Source: Patellaria atrata CBS 101060
Taxonomy: Eukaryota
Assembly: GCA_010093705.1 (NCBI GenBank)
Contig: MU006097.1
Location: forward strand, 135,905-199,904
DNA: 64,000 nt
Reading direction: 5' to 3'
Part shown: one piece after another, positions 12,160-25,400 of the stretch
How the letters are laid out: each line of letters begins with the position of its first letter
How positions within the stretch are numbered: the first letter of the stretch is position 1
Position numbers and translations under genes: made by a program
The notes under the pieces: generated by a model
Databases searched by the model: none
Told to the model about the DNA's origin: nothing
What the model saw: the letters and a program-made list of their open reading frames with translations, nothing else

Positions 12160-14449
12160 ATGACCCTCTGCTCTTCCTGTACCCCCTTTGACATCCGCGC
12201 CCTCCTCCTCGCCGCCGCAGCCTCCCCAGTCTTGCGCGCCTCTAAACGCAAGTACGGCCAACAGCCTGACGGGAACCCAGTGTACGCCGGCTACGAGGAC
12301 TTTCGACACGGGATCCCGCGCTTCTTCGCGCAGCACGAAAATCTCACCGCGCTGAAAGAGTCTGTCCCTGGTTGTGATCTATGCGCTACGATATGGAGGC
12401 AATACAGCGCGAATGCCGTGCCGCAAGAGCTGGAGGAAGAAGAGTTGAGGCGTGGGTTGGGGGCGGAGAGGGTTTGGATGGGGACGATGGGGTGGGATGG
12501 GCAGCTGCATGCGCTTCCGCTGGTCGGGGCATTTCAGTATGGGTCCAGGGGGGAGAATAGGATGCTGGCTAGTTTTGAAGTGTGCGCGGTAAGAGGTATA
12601 TGGAATTGGAATCGGGGTGGTGATCATTGATTGATAAATACTGATGGACATGGTAGGTAATGAACCGCAGGATAATGGACACCTACTGGCAAGATCAATT
12701 TATGACAGTTCTGGCTCGGAGGAATGTCTGGGCCTTGCGAGAGACTGGCTTCATAACTGCGTCCAACGCCATAAGGGGTGCAGGCCGAGTAGCCTGATAT
12801 TGCCAACTTTACCCACTAGAGTGATTGACGTTCTAAATGTCGGGGACGCGAACCCAACGGTCACGCTTGTTGATGGGGAAGGTCGAAGAGAGGGTTTCGC
12901 AGCTCTCTCCTACTGTTGGGGTCCTGATCGTGATCTTATCCTCACAAAGGATACTGAAGCTTCTCTCCGCGCAGGTCTTGAACTTGATAAGTTTCCACTT
13001 ACTCTACGTCACGCCATCGTAGCAGCCCACAAACTACGTCTCCGGTACATATGGATAGACGCTATATGTATACAGCAGGATTCCGCCGAAGACTGGGCAC
13101 GCGAAGCGGCCAAGATGAGAAATGTCTACAAAGGTTCCGTAGTCACTATCGCAGCTGCCTCCGCCTCTAGAGCGAGCGAAGGTATGTTTCGACCGCGTGC
13201 TTCAACTTCGTACTGTTATCTTCCATGGTTGAATGGTGAAGATCCACCCCGTAAGGTCTTCTTGAGACCACCATCAGAGATTTGGGATGCAACGCTAAAT
13301 TCAAGTATCCTCAACACAAGAGCGTGGTGTCTCCAGGAGTGCTTGCTAGCTCCTCGGACACTTTGGTTTGGCCAGCAACAAATATCTTTTGAGTGCTCCC
13401 AAGGAAACATCGACGAGGCAGGAAGATCAACGAAGTCCACTGAAGCGTATCGTAGCAAGATCCACATGCAGGCGATGTCAAAAGATAAACTCGCACTCCT
13501 TTACAAAGCATATCGCTTGATAGGGATACCTCCAGTGGTAAGGGTGCCTTCTCTGACGTTCAAAAATCTTTCGTTAGACCAAAGCCTTCGCGGAAACCTC
13601 AAGGGAATGCTTATGTACAGTAGCTATTGGTTCCAAGGTCTCTTGGAGACTGCCAGTGGGATGGGCCTGACGTACTATGACCAATGGCGGGAGATCGTAG
13701 GGCATTACTGCGCACGCAATATAACAGTTGCAAGCGATGTGCTCCCAGCTCTATCTGGACTCGCAGATGATTTCAGCCGACTGACTGGAGACGCCTATTA
13801 TGCAGGATTGTGGAAGTCCGATATCATCCGTGGTCTCAATTGGAATCGTAATCCGACCTCGAGAAAGAAGCATGAGCGTAGGAAAACCCTAGAGGAGTAT
13901 ATCGCGCCATCTTGGAGCTGGGCATCAATAACTGGTAGATCCGTTACTTTCGGCGGACGAAGTGAAAAGCACTATATTATATGTTCGGCCGGTGTGGTTG
14001 ATATCAAAACAGAACCATCGACAGAGGATCCCTATGGTAAACTCAAATCCGGATTTATCATTCTGCGAGGGCCATTTCTCGAACTCGATGTTTCTGATCC
14101 ATGTGATCTAAAAGATCCTAGTTTCCCTGCATTATCCGATTATATTAGTACTCTTCTCGTTTCAACGAATTCAGAAGCGGGTGCTGAATATGTCCAGCAG
14201 CACGAAGGTCATGAAGGCCAGCGATTTGGACTCCTACACCTATGTTCTATGAGAAATGTCACTCCTCCCGAGTTTACAGATGCGAGTCTCCTACTTCTTG
14301 AAAGCTGTCCGAATGGTGACTGGAAACGGGTCTCAATGTTTGGAGTACGGACAGATCTTGATAAAGCGTTCCTAGACGAGAGAGAAAAGGTCTTCATGAA
14401 AGAGTTTGACGGGTTGAAATGGAAAAGAAAGACAATCAAGATTATATGA
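12160..14449 (+). CDS. HET-domain (heterokaryon incompatibility family) protein
   Basis: Intron 12596-12656 joins ORFs 12160 and 12644 in phase. Motifs LPTRVIDV, FAALSYCWG, YIWIDAICIQQD, EAAKMRNVY, LNTRAWCLQECLLAPRTL, DVLPALSGLA, YYAGLW, APSWSWAS. Confidence 0.93.
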
Positions 14450-14997
14450 GATGATGGTTAACGTTCGAAGGAAAGATAATACCTGACGGGTAAGTCCTAT
14501 CTTGCAGGGAACACGTGATAGAGGTGAATGTTGTGCCACGAGGTCATATCGGAATGCCGTGTCACCTCTACACTTTCCAATCCCGCATCGCACCTGCTCT
14601 TTTGGCTGTCGCTCTCTTTGTCTCTTTATGGCAGTCACAATCTGAGGAGCACCTCACTTCACTCTCTACGGGGCATCAAGCTTACCTTGATATGCTTTGT
14701 TTACCTTCAACCATTTCACGCTTTAAGAAGTTGTTACTCGCAAAAAAGCCACAGTCTCTACCGCGCAAAGCCGCTACACTCGTTTTGTCCCATCGTGTCT
14801 CACTCAGTTACACTTCAAATCGAACGTTTAGCAATATTACGAATCTGATTCTCACACGATTACGAACGTATCTTGAAGCCACACGTCGTTCCCTACCACT
14901 TAATAGTCTCTCCTACATCAATAAGTTAGTTCACTTCGCTCGCAACTGAAGGTTCCTACTGCGCGCATACCTCGATATTCTGACTTCGTCCTCCAAA

Positions 14998-15535
14998 ATG
15001 CGCATCAAGTCTTCAGCTTTCGCCTTCTCCCTCCTCTCAGCGGCGTCGGCTTCATTCAACCCGGAACCCACCACTCCCCCCTCAGCTAAAGGGGCCATGA
15101 TAGAGTAATTCATCCCCACCTCACCTCACCCTCGCCAAAATAAAGCTAACCCGCTCCCACAGCGCACGCGCCCCTCCCTACGAACTCGCACCTCTTCTCC
15201 CCACGACCCCACCAGAAGCAAACCCTCTCGTCAACCTCGAACCCCTCATCCAAACCCAATGGTGGGAAACCATCATCGATGGTTCACACACCTGGGTCCC
15301 GGTCGTCGCGACGCAACTCTTTTCCGCCGTTCCCGCTCAAGGGTCCGCTCCGGGAGTTGGTAGTATCGGTTTCGGAGGGCTCGATGGGACGGGTGAGATG
15401 GCTAGGGTTGCAGAGACGGCGAGTGGGCCGGCTGTGCAGTCTGATGAGTCCGGAAAAGGAAACGGAGGAGTAAGCGCGGGGTTATGCTCCGTGCTTGCTG
15501 GATGGGTTGTTGCGGTGGTTGGAGCAATGTGGTAA
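14998..15535 (+). CDS. Small secreted, probably GPI-anchored Kre1-like cell-surface protein (not in ORF track)
   Basis: Exon 14998-15104 MRIKSSAFAFSLLSAASA (signal-peptide-like), intron 15105-15162 (GTAATT..GCTAAC..CAG), exon 15163-15535 in frame with TWVPVVATQLFSAVPAQGSAPGVGSIGFGGL (resembles the Kre1 domain) and a hydrophobic tail SVLAGWVVAVVGAMW*. Confidence 0.8.
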
Positions 15536-16012
15536 ATGACGGTTATGGAGAGCTTATGATGTAATGAACGGGTGGGTGTATGTTTTATTTCGATTTTATG
15601 GCGGTCGACGGTTATGAGGGACTTCAGGACAATCGGGGTGCTTTCTGAACGGATGAGCAGTTTTAGCTTCGGATCGGCATGCCGAATATCGGATATGCCG
15701 ATATCTCCCTTCAGGTGTTACGGTCACCATCCAGCGAGGGACGGGACCATGAGGCGATAACAGAGTACGTCTAATGGAAAAAAGTTTGTATGGAAGACAC
15801 TATCAGCTTCTCTGAAGGGCTTACAAATTTATAACCCCTATCATAATGTACGTATTGCAGTCTAAAGGAATGCCTAAATGGTAGTTCATTTAATATATTA
15901 TACAGATCTGATGAATTTGAGAATGAAATACCCACGTAAGCTCAGAACGCCCAGATCCCAGCACACACCGGACGGAGACTCTCCATCTGAGGGTTGAATG
16001 GAAATGGTATCA

Positions 16013-17739
16013 TCATTGATCACCCAATCCCTGCATAAACTCAGGTACTACTGGATCACTGGACATCTTATGAGCGACCCTAAATGCTTCGTAAATGGCC
16101 CAGACTGCCGACACAACCTGAATCGCAACGACTACACATACGAAGACCGACCACCTAGAGAGTGAGATACGGGGTACTGCGGCACTCGTGAACGGGTTCC
16201 CCATCGTATCGTAGAGCGTCTGGTAAGGGCTCATACCGTCTTCTTGGGTGAAGAAATAAGACCTTCCTGGCTCGTATCCTTCCCATCCTTTAAGCGGCAC
16301 CGCGCAAGTCAGGTTCCTCGCCGCGGTTCCTGGAGCACATCTTTCGCGATATCTAGCATAGCGGTTATCCCAGATAGTCGAGTTGAAGTATGCTTTCACG
16401 TATCTGACTGTCATCACCGCATCCTCATTAGGGGGCCCACCACTCCACAATGGGTTCCCGGTGCTCCAGTGGTTCAGCATGATATGCCCTGCTTGAGTGG
16501 GGATACCTTCCGTCATGTCATGTAGCCAGTTTCCGTCGGCATAGAAGGAAATTCGGTCAGGTAGGACGTCAAAACGGTATTCGTGGAAATCTAGAGTGGG
16601 GTCGAATGGCAAAGAGTACGGACGGAAGGTCGGTGTACCGTTGGCATCATAGTTATTCGAGGCTGATAGAGGCGTATGGATGACTAGATTGATCGGATGG
16701 TGGGTGGCGTTGAACTGGCGTGACAACATCTCCAGATCAATCTCCTGGGAGTTGTTATGAAACTAAGACAAATCCGTTAACAATGCTGCAAGAGGCGATT
16801 GAAAGTGTTGCTGAGGTGGAGCATCAGGACGTGAGAGTATGCCGTGTAAATTTAAGCATGCTTAAGACTAAGATATATTTATAATTTATGCTTCTTGACG
16901 CTGTATATTGTCCCCTTAGGAATGAAGTATCCCTAGGAGATTGAGAAATATCCATTTATTATGCTATTTGATGAAACTGATGACCTTTCTAATCAAGGGA
17001 GAAGCTTAGAAAAGTAGAGCTAGATCGACAAAGCATAGTATATAACGCGATAGATAGGTGCATACCTAATAGACTAGTAGGTATCTGTTGACCACGTTTC
17101 TAAATGCTATTGAAGGCATTTTTGCTTATAGAAAATGGGTAGGATAGGAGTGAAGGGGGCAAATATGAAGGGACAAGGATGGGAGCATACCCAGAAAAAG
17201 GCTCCGCAAGTACCGGCTGTACCAGTCATCTTCATCGACACTCGATAACTTCCGTATAACATATCGCGATCAACAGCAGACATCTCTGCCGAACTGATGA
17301 GATTGCCATGGTTTCCGGCTCGGACCCAAAGTTGAAGGCCGGCATCCCCTCCGTTTTCAGTTTCTCCCGACCAAGCGCTATGATTGTTTACTGGATTCGC
17401 GATAACATTCGAGATTTTCTTTGCCATACCAAATGTTCCATGAGCGAGGTCAAAAGAGACATTGTATTCTTGGCGTCTCCAGCCAATCCAACGCGTCACA
17501 TCATACATATGCACAAAGTCCGTTTCGAAAAGGTACATAAAGAGCGCAAAGGATGAGTCAGAGGTTGTGTTAACGGTGTAGCCACAGTCACATGTCGCGG
17601 ACGCTACAGAAAACCCAGTCAGCGCGATATTAACAACTTCTGGACATGCCAGTAAGACGGATGATTAAGACATGTACTCACATAAGTGGATAAGTGCAAC
17701 GACTGAGAGAACCCCGAGTACACGAGCGAATGTCATCAT
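16013..17739 (-). CDS. Glycoside hydrolase family 16 protein with C-terminal transmembrane helix
   Basis: Hydrophobic N-terminus, CDCGY motif, YGSYRVSMK, GTCGAFFW|FHNNSQEIDLEML (catalytic EIDLE), FHEYRFD, NHWSTGNPLWSGGPP; 428-nt intron 16763-17190; C-terminal hydrophobic segment. Confidence 0.9.
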
Positions 17740-18733
17740 GGTGCTTGAATTAAGTAACGTTTTCTTAAGTAGAAAGATGGAACGTGATCTGATAGTCTGT
17801 TACAATACGTAGATAGATAGAGCGGCGCGCATACAATGCTTCGAGCGCGTGGAAGTAGATGAAAGCTGTTTTTGCTGCCAAAATTGGAAGTTGACGGAGG
17901 TGGCAGCAAAGATAGAGGTAGAGGAAGAAGAGAAAGCGTAAAGCAAAGAAAAAAGTTGGAAATGAGCGTCGAAAATCAGGGCGTTGTTTGCTACCTAAAC
18001 GAGAGATTGACCGGGAGGAGTGAAAGAAGTTAGGTATGTAAGAAAGATTGAAAGATTTGAGACGAGCAAGATGAAATGACGACTTTCACGCTAGCTCCGT
18101 ACAAATGGCGCGTGATGTTTAGGAGCACTGAATGTGCTTGCCTCCTTTCACCATGTTGTAGGGACAAGTGTGGCAGACCAAACTGGAAGCCGCGACCTAG
18201 AACAGCCAAGACTTGGAGTGCGGGAGTTTTCGTACCTTAGATTTCCTTTGATACCGCATCCATGGATGGAAGGGACTGTATCATGCAAGAGATATCGTTC
18301 CCGTCACTTTGTAGTACTGAACATTACACGACATTGGACACTACATCATAAACGAAATGCATGATACAGGAAATACAACCGAAGCAACTTTACTTTTACT
18401 AGCAAGGAAGTATGATTTCGCTTAACATCTAAGATGCTGAGAAGGAAAACGGTATCATGAATTTATCCATCCCGTACAAACTATGTCTTCATGAGAGCGT
18501 TCCACTGTTGCGTCTCTGCTTAGATCACTTACTAGAACATCTTCCTTTCCGTGGAGACTCTGACTTGCTCATAAGGCCAATGACATATTGGGTCAACATT
18601 GATTACACGCGCTCTCCCATTTTCCCTGTGAACACGCCCAACTCCTTAATCCGACCACCACAAGGAGAGTAAACAAATCATAACCTGGCCACCCCTTAGA
18701 CATAAACAAATGCGATGCATCGTGGGTATCATC

Positions 18734-21700
18734 TCATAGAAATCCTGATTCGGAGAGAAGTCTATGCACGAGTTAGTGACTACATTCAATAATTACTTCG
18801 AAAACCAACACTGAAGTCTAACGGGATTGATTCAAGGAGACTCACCTTGCAATCTTCTCATCTTCTCTCTCTCTTGGTTCCACCGCTAGACTCTGGTCAT
18901 ACATTTCATGCACATCACCCGCCGATTGCATATTGGTAAGTATGTAGTCCTGCAACTCCGGAACCGGCTGAAGAGGATATGGTACGTTTTGATATTGCTG
19001 CACGTCGCGAATCACTTCCGCGGTCTTTGCCCGTTTAGCAAAATTGATCAGATTTGTCTTCTTGATAATTGAGGGAATACCATCCTCGATGAAGGTTAAA
19101 TCGGTGAGGTAAACGCCTAGAACAACTTAGTGCCAATACGTCCGAGATAAAGGGAATTTCCCACTCACCAAAGAAAGGAATGCACGGAGGATTCGCCTTG
19201 TGAAGCGTGTCTCTATATTCCAGAAAGTTCTTTGTGCTCCCCATGAGCTTTCTCATGCTTTCCAAAGTCGACATCGTCCGCGCATTTACCGCATTCCACG
19301 TCCGGTTAAGACGATGGATGGGTGCCGAACCTAGCGCCGAAATAATGGATGTTAAGGTTGAAAAATTGTTCAACGCCCGGCATTTCTAACCACATGTAAG
19401 CCAGGGAATTTTCACTGCTCGGAAAACATTACTTACGTCAGCAATAGCAACAAATTGCTTGATCACCACCACTCTCTTCTTCACTTCCGTTTGTGTTAAT
19501 ATCATCTGGGCCACCCAGTTCGTGAGTTGATTAGAATGTAGGATGAGTGCTTTGACGTTAGGTGCTGGATCGGGTTCATTAGGACCCAATTTCTTAGACC
19601 ATGTCTTATTCAAGCACTCGGTCGGTCGAATCTTGCCATACAACCGTGATTCAATGATTGTCAATTGACGAGCAAACTCGGTGGTATCAATGTCAAGGAA
19701 TTTCAGCTTCTTCAAATTCTTCGGCATGATCGGCTGTGGAGTCTGAGTGTTCAGGGTGAGAACAAGTCTCTTCGACGGCATATCTTGACCTTTGGCTCGT
19801 TGTTCAACAGCAGCCATAAGTGGTTGCGCTCCAGGAGTGCTGGTGGTCGCAACATGGTCCTTTGCAAAATTGTAAACACGTTGGATTAACTGTCGAGCCG
19901 CCTCGTCATTACCCTCCATCCAGTAATTGTCAAACCAACTCTTCAGAATATTGACTACACGAAACCTTATTGGTTTCTGTTTCTTGTCTACCCAGTGTTG
20001 GTAGTGTTCTTTTGGGAGTCCATATGGCGGTTGTATGCTCCATCTTTTGACAAGCATCTCAAAGAGCTCTGATGCTGTGGTAAATGATCTATACGTCAAG
20101 AGGAACGTATTATTGAACGGTGAATCAAGTCGATCATGTCTTGTGAGTTGCTCGACGAGAGCAGTAAGCGTGCCTCCCCGAAGCTGTGGAGGGTTTGTTT
20201 TCTGATCAAAAGCAATTTCACCCTCGTGATCCAGTTTTAGGTACTCTGGGGTCTCTTCAATAGACGGTTGTACCGGAACCTCCCCGAAGAACTTTTTGAC
20301 TTTTGCATTGTCGCCATTTCGATAAGTCTCCGCTACAGGTGCCGGTGCAATGCCTTCGGTGAAAGAATGTGACTGTCCTACATCACCCAAGAGAGGGCGC
20401 TGCAAGGAGTTCGAGGGGTTGCGGAGATGATTTTGGTAAGTAGCCCCCCCATCAGTTTTGCGATGCTCCTCTTTCGAGTACTGATTATTTCCTGAAGGGA
20501 CCATCTCCGAAAGCAACTGAAGAGAAAAATATAACTGAGAAGTGCAAGTATCCAATTCCTTGGAGACGCCTCGGACGACCTTCAATCGCTCGTCTAACGA
20601 ACCGATCCGGACTTCGGCCCACTCGTCAGCAAGTGGTGCCGACACAGCTTGGCAAGCCATGACCAAATCCGTCATTAGATCGTAGATCTTTTGCTTCTGA
20701 ACTGCAAAGTCCGCAAGCTGTGGATTCTGAAAAGCTGAGCCAAGGGGGGTGAGATTAATCGATTCAACGGTGGATATCCACGGTCGGTAGAACTCCAAAA
20801 CCTTGCTACAAGCTTTACAAATATTGTCTCCGATCATAGTTTGTCTGGCAGGGGTGACCAGTTTCTCTCTTAATACAAGATGCTCATCGAGTTTTCGAAT
20901 GCTTGTCGTGATAAGCCGCTTCAGATCTTCAAGCCTTTCGAGTAGCTTGGTATCAAGTCGCGCGTTCGGTTCAGCCAGTGGTTCGTAATCATCTTGATCT
21001 ATGAAGGACAATGACATCGCCGAGTCGTGAGCCGTCAGACCGTTATTCTGCCAGCTACCTCCCGACGTGATGCCCAAGACGAAGCCAGGTATCAATCGGG
21101 GTATCTCCTCACCTCGCTGTTGCCTAGCTACCTCAACGAATCCAAATACGCCATTGAGCACGCCATCTGCTTCTTTCAGACATTTTGCATATGAATCGGG
21201 GGGTGGCCAGTCCGCAGCAGCTATGTGTGAAGAAAGAACGAGTTTCGAAAAACGTGACATAGTTTCACGGAAGTGAGGATATAACGCCTTGTTCGTAGAG
21301 ATGATGGATGGATTACCAGAGTGATTGTCCGTTGTTCCTGATCCAGCAGACAGGATCAGACGAAGATGGTCTGAAATATCCTCTGCCCGCTTCACAAATT
21401 CGGACCTGTCGCTATTGTTAACGGCTCTACGATAACGCTCGACTGATCGCCGCATATCCTCCACCATTCTATTCCATGTTAACGGAATTGCGTGGGCGTT
21501 ATCGAAGAATTGCCTTGACATAGCGGAGGTCATTGGACCTCCAATCGAATTGTTGGCAAATGATGTCGTCGTTGTGCCCAGTGGACCCATTGTGCTTTGA
21601 GCGACTGAGAAGCTAGGCGCACTTTGATCGTGGGTATCTGCTCGCGACCTTGTTTTTGGTGAAGTCGCATTCATCGAATCCATGGACGTCGCCGGAGAGA

Positions 21701-22454
21701 TACCGTTCGAAAAGGATCGCCGTCTCGATGGCTGTGAACATGATTAGCTTTTGAGGCTTACAAGTGTAATCTAACCAACAAGGTAGACAAATCGTGTTCA
21801 TGGAATGCTTACCAAGGAGCTACGTGATGCTATCATCGGACCTTCACTTTCTGAATAGTCGTCAGTATCTTCCCCGGTCATATAACCGCCAGCTAATAGT
21901 TCTGGGGGTGGCCTAGTTTGCTCGGGAATGTAGATATTTGTGCGATCCCGAGGTCCCGCTTCCATACTCGAAGTTGGTGTTTCCAGGGGTAATTCCATTG
22001 TACTAACACCAGTCAGTGTATTAAAGTAAAAGAGTCGTCCGTCCGGCGTAGCCTGGGGTATCCAGAATGCCGCTTCTTCCTGATCATGGTTTTCAGTGCC
22101 TTCAATCGGTAATCTAGTAGAATCTCCATTCTCTCCTAGGGATGCAGTGTCCGAGTGAGACTCGTCGGGATCGCTCGACAACCCGTCATCCAAGTCACCG
22201 TCACCAAGCCCGCGAGATTCATCTTGACTATCATCATCTGATGGCCTCGGCACTACAGCGCAATAATTACTTGGAAACCATCCTCGCGTGCCGTTAATTA
22301 CACCATCCCACCATCCACTCTCTAGTTGTGTTATGACCTGGATGATATCGCCCTGCCGAAAGCTCAAGCTAGTCCTGTCGTCCGCCTCATAGTCGTATAA
22401 AGCCCGCACATACATGCCACCCGGAGGAGCAGCTGAAGCTGAATAGCCGTTCAT
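18734..22454 (-). CDS. CDC25: Cdc25-type Ras guanine-nucleotide exchange factor (SH3, WW, REM, RasGEF)
   Basis: SH3 (VRALYDYEADDRTSLSF..GWWDG..GWFPSNY), WW (WIPQATPDGRLFYFN), REM (GGTLTALVEQLT, FLLTYRSFTT), RasGEF (EFARQLTIIE, NNFSTL, PPCIPFFG), ending RLLSESGFL*. The true start may lie upstream (see findings). Confidence 0.95.
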
Positions 22455-25400
22455 CCCAGGGACAGTTATGGAGTTTTTTTTTCAAGTTCTGATTTCCCAA
22501 AACGACCACTCTGAAACTTGTTCAGACTGGTATGCCTTCCTCCCTTCACCCTTAGACGTCTTCGGGTCTGAACCTAAGTACAGTAGGAGAGGTATTGTCG
22601 TAAACGAGACGGTATGACTGCGATGAGAAGTGGGCCAGCTAGAGATCCTGCCCACTTGACTTAGTATTAAAGGCAACTATGGTCGTCAAGGTTAATGGTG
22701 GGAAGCACCCATTAATGAACTTGTTTCGGTGATAGTGGTGGAGTAATGGGATAAGTTCTCATATGAGCGTATTTGCGAGATAGAGCGTGCACAAGGTAGA
22801 GTTTACCTCCCACAAGAATAGATACAAAACAGTTCTCGTCGTTGTAAGTGGCTGCTTGTAGCCGCCGCCGAGGGGAAGACAAACAGTATAGACGGTGGAG
22901 AATGAAAGGGTGTGCCAAGGAGCGGTCCCCTTCCTGAACGAGAACATTAACCCAACCTAACCCATCGTCTAGAACAGGTGGATATTACGGCACAGTCCAA
23001 CATATTTCTTGTATAGTTCTCAAACCTCGAGCTGCCTGAATGTGTAATAAGGTACGGACCTGCGTAAATTAGACCTTCCCTGCAACTGTTATAATTGTAT
23101 ACAACAAATGCCGATTCAACATTTCAACTTTGATAAATCTATAAGTTACTGGTTAGATGAATTCCAAGTGTTTCACGCACTTTAGGACCTTATAATCCCT
23201 TTTGGACAGTTATAGTAAGAATGCGGATGGTTATTTATGTGCCGTAACTACTCCTTTAACCTAAGTCTGTTAATGAGTACAATCGAAGATATGTACACAC
23301 CACGTACAACGAGCCATATAGACAAACAGATGCCAGAGGAGAGTTAGAACCATCAAGAAATAGCATCAGATAAAGAACTATCCAAGACTTGGTCAGACCT
23401 TTGAGGCTATAATGTTATAGTACAAAAGTGTCGTTAAGCCATGAAAATGTAATGACTCTAAACGTATCACCATCGCTTCATGAGCTCCACATCTGTGTGA
23501 GACCAGCGTATTTTGTATTCTATATTCTCGGTACGAGATAGAGTTCAAAAGAATCCAAGTTCTAGTTCCTCTGTCGCTCTTTGGGATTTGAAATATTCGA
23601 GCTAAAGGTTACTCAGAGCCGTTGGAACATGATCGCATGGATGACCTCCCTCAAGTATGAAGAGAGTCGCCGCACGGCTGCCAAACTTCCACGGCATGTT
23701 AAGCATAGTAGAACATAATCATATCTCTTACCATTTGAGTCCGAACCCTTTTCGATATGGTACTCTTATAATTGTCCGGCTCAATGACGAACCGGTCTTC
23801 CATATATTAGCGAAGTAGCATACTCGTTTGGATTGATCACTGCTTAGCAGCTAGTGAACGAGTAGCAGTGGTAAGAAGACGAGCTTTGAAAAATAAAAAT
23901 AAAAAATCGACGTAGCTGTGTTATTTGAGCGTATGACTACATGCATGGTTATGGAGATACGTATTGGAATGCTTTCTGAGACTGTTATCTTGGGAAGAAA
24001 TCTGAGGGCTACGTTCTGACCATGCCTCAAACAAGAAAGATTGAAAACATGGAAATAACCCGTGTTGCTATTGGCTCGTTCTATGTTCACGAGTCTTATT
24101 GGTGTCGTTTACAGGTAAAGTTCTATACAGAAGATATTTTGACCGTACTGGACAATCGATACTTCTGAGAAGTAGCATCACAAAATAAAATTCAACATAC
24201 CGTTGGATGCTATGCTATCACACTTATTCTAGGCGAAGAAGTAGCGTTCTAGCGTAGAATGGATCATAGGGTCACTTACGTTCTGAGTACCGTATGAAGC
24301 CCCAGAGAGACATAATATCTTCTTGATAGGTAGAAGGTACCCACTCAGGGTGTAGTAGGGAAAGCTCAACAACTTCTCGAATTTAACAAAGTCCGCTGGA
24401 GTCCCCCGCCCATCAATCACAGCGGGGTGTAAATGCGGGAGCATCCGAAATTTGTCTTCTGGGAAAGGTGTGGCACCATGCGCATGGTTATGCCCTGTCT
24501 AGTGATCTGTCTTAGCAAAGGGTCGATTTTTCTGCCAGTTCATGTTCCTAAAATTGTGACTGGTACTTCAAGATGCGCACTCTGTTCTCTAAAAAAGATT
24601 TGAAAGACAGATTGCTTTGTCCAAGAAAAGGTCACCAGAGGAGCTTTCGAGTTTTGACATACCGTAACGACGACTTGACGAGAGGAATATTGCCATGTGT
24701 CAGTGTCAATAATTGATAGCGTTTTGACGGCTCGCGGGGAAGTTGAGCCTGATACGACCCCTTGTAACTAGGTGCAGTAATCCGCCAGGAACAAGAGATA
24801 CCACGACGATCGGTTGGGCTCGTGAAATCTTCCCAGGTTTACGCAACAAGTCATCTCTTGGGAATTTGAAAAATTTTGAAATCCAGTTAACTGTATTTCG
24901 GACGGTATGGTATGTCACATTTCCCTCTCTGTATCCTCTCTAAATCATGCCCTTCTGTTGGAGCTGCTGAACGAGGTTTTTAGATCGTTAAGTCGTACGG
25001 AGTACATGCTATAGCTTCCAGGTTGCTTGTAAGGAATTAGGTTGATATTGATTGATTCTCGTGTCCGTGACATTTTTGCCGGGTGTAACCGAATTGGCTG
25101 TAACTTTCGATTGTTTTGGTTCATGAGTAAGACATCATAAGGAGATTCTGATGCTATCATAGAGCGGTGTGATGCCGTTTACGCAAAAATGTTCATGAAT
25201 AAAAGCGGTCTGGCATCGAATAGAGAATAGTGTAGCTGTTCTATGTACTTGTTCTGCTTTTAGTTTCCCACACGTTTTCCATCAAAATAAATATGCACTT
25301 GGAGGGGTTGGACCAACCGAGGTGATCGGTGTAATAGTAGGTACCTTTAGGACAGAGTCGTGATGTTGTTCTCAATCGTAGTTCTACTCCCAGGAAATGA

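Noticed and set aside
14515..14949. 144-aa and 106-aa plus-strand ORFs
   Set aside because: Non-coding-like composition; likely promoter or leader of the Kre1-like gene.
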